From Octopus vulgaris (Eukaryota), in assembly GCA_951406725.2 (NCBI GenBank), contig OX597825.1, positions 58,342,001 to 58,406,000 of the forward strand: 64,000 nt of DNA, in the 5' to 3' direction. Below, one piece after another: positions 63,251 through 64,000 of the stretch; the first letter of the stretch is position 1, and every line of letters starts with the position of its first letter. The translations under genes were made by a program, and so were the position numbers. The notes below the pieces were generated by a model. The model was not told the DNA's origin. It made no database searches and saw nothing but the letters and a program-made list of their open reading frames with translations.

Positions 63251-64000
63251 GTTGTTTGAAGTATACTGTAGTTTGAACTTATGGTTTCGTGTAGGTGAAG
63301 GGAGTTTTTCTTTCTTTCTGGTGTTGTAATATTTTCTGAGAATTTGTGGTTAGTTGTAAATAGATGCTGGGTTCTGGTTTTTAGAGTCTTTTTATAACTT
63401 ACACATTCAGTATTCAAATTCTATAGCTGAGAGATGTGTAGTGTAAGAGATAGGGAGATTGAGTGGAAAATGTAAAAGAAAAGAGAGAGAGTTGGGGGGA
63501 GTCGTATTAAAACAGTCAGAAACAAGTGTCGTACGACACGAAAGTTGTATGGCACACAAGCATGACTCTTTCTTATCGGTTGACTTTCGATGTACAGCAA
63601 GGAACCACCGCAACATTATAATACTGTACACAAAATAAAATTAGATAGGAGACAACCGTTAGTTGACAGTTTTATATAGAATTGCTTCCCAAAATAAGAA
63701 GAATAATTACAGAAGCCTTACAAAGAGTAAAATACAAACGAAAAATTAACACACAGCTACATCATTCGTAAAATTGATAATGATATCAATCAAGACTTAA
63801 TCGTTGTACAATTTTAAAACCGAGTGTAGACAATTTATAACATCGCCCCATGATTTTTTGTGTGAGATACTGCTAAGCATGCGAACAACATGATATTGTT
63901 ACTATCACTCCATTTCGATTATGGTTTAAGGAAAGTCTTCGGCAAGACTTCCGGCCGTCACACCCCACCACCAAAAAAAAACCACCCTTAAAAAAAATTT

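Overview
Eukaryotic, AT-rich, repeat-saturated DNA with long (TA)n, (CA)n, (TACA)n and (TATC)n tracts. The SINE/LINE/microsatellite landscape looks like a coleoid cephalopod, probably Octopus (inference, no search run). The only host gene I can support is a SERF/4F5-family gene on the + strand: coding exons at 4790-4913 and 10726-10804, first mini-exon not located. Everything else is mobile DNA: several tRNA-derived SINE families; RTE, CR1-group, HERO-like and R4/Dong-like LINE fragments; Penelope-like elements (PLEs); a decayed CsRn1-clade Gypsy element; Tc1/mariner, piggyBac-like and hAT-like DNA elements; and non-autonomous Helitrons. Nearly all ORFs in the supplied track are microsatellite or transposon artefacts. 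The most notable signal is a set of hammerhead ribozyme folds in small non-coding elements: (i) a 360-bp tandem-unit, rod-folding, retrozyme-like element with an extended type I hammerhead (52231-52743, - strand); (ii) a complete type I hammerhead in an element with an inverted terminal segment (25624-25700); (iii) a tRNA-headed, hammerhead-tailed fold-back insertion with a 12-bp target-site duplication (23961-24506); (iv) further minimal or decayed cores. All structures were folded by eye and need computational and biochemical confirmation.
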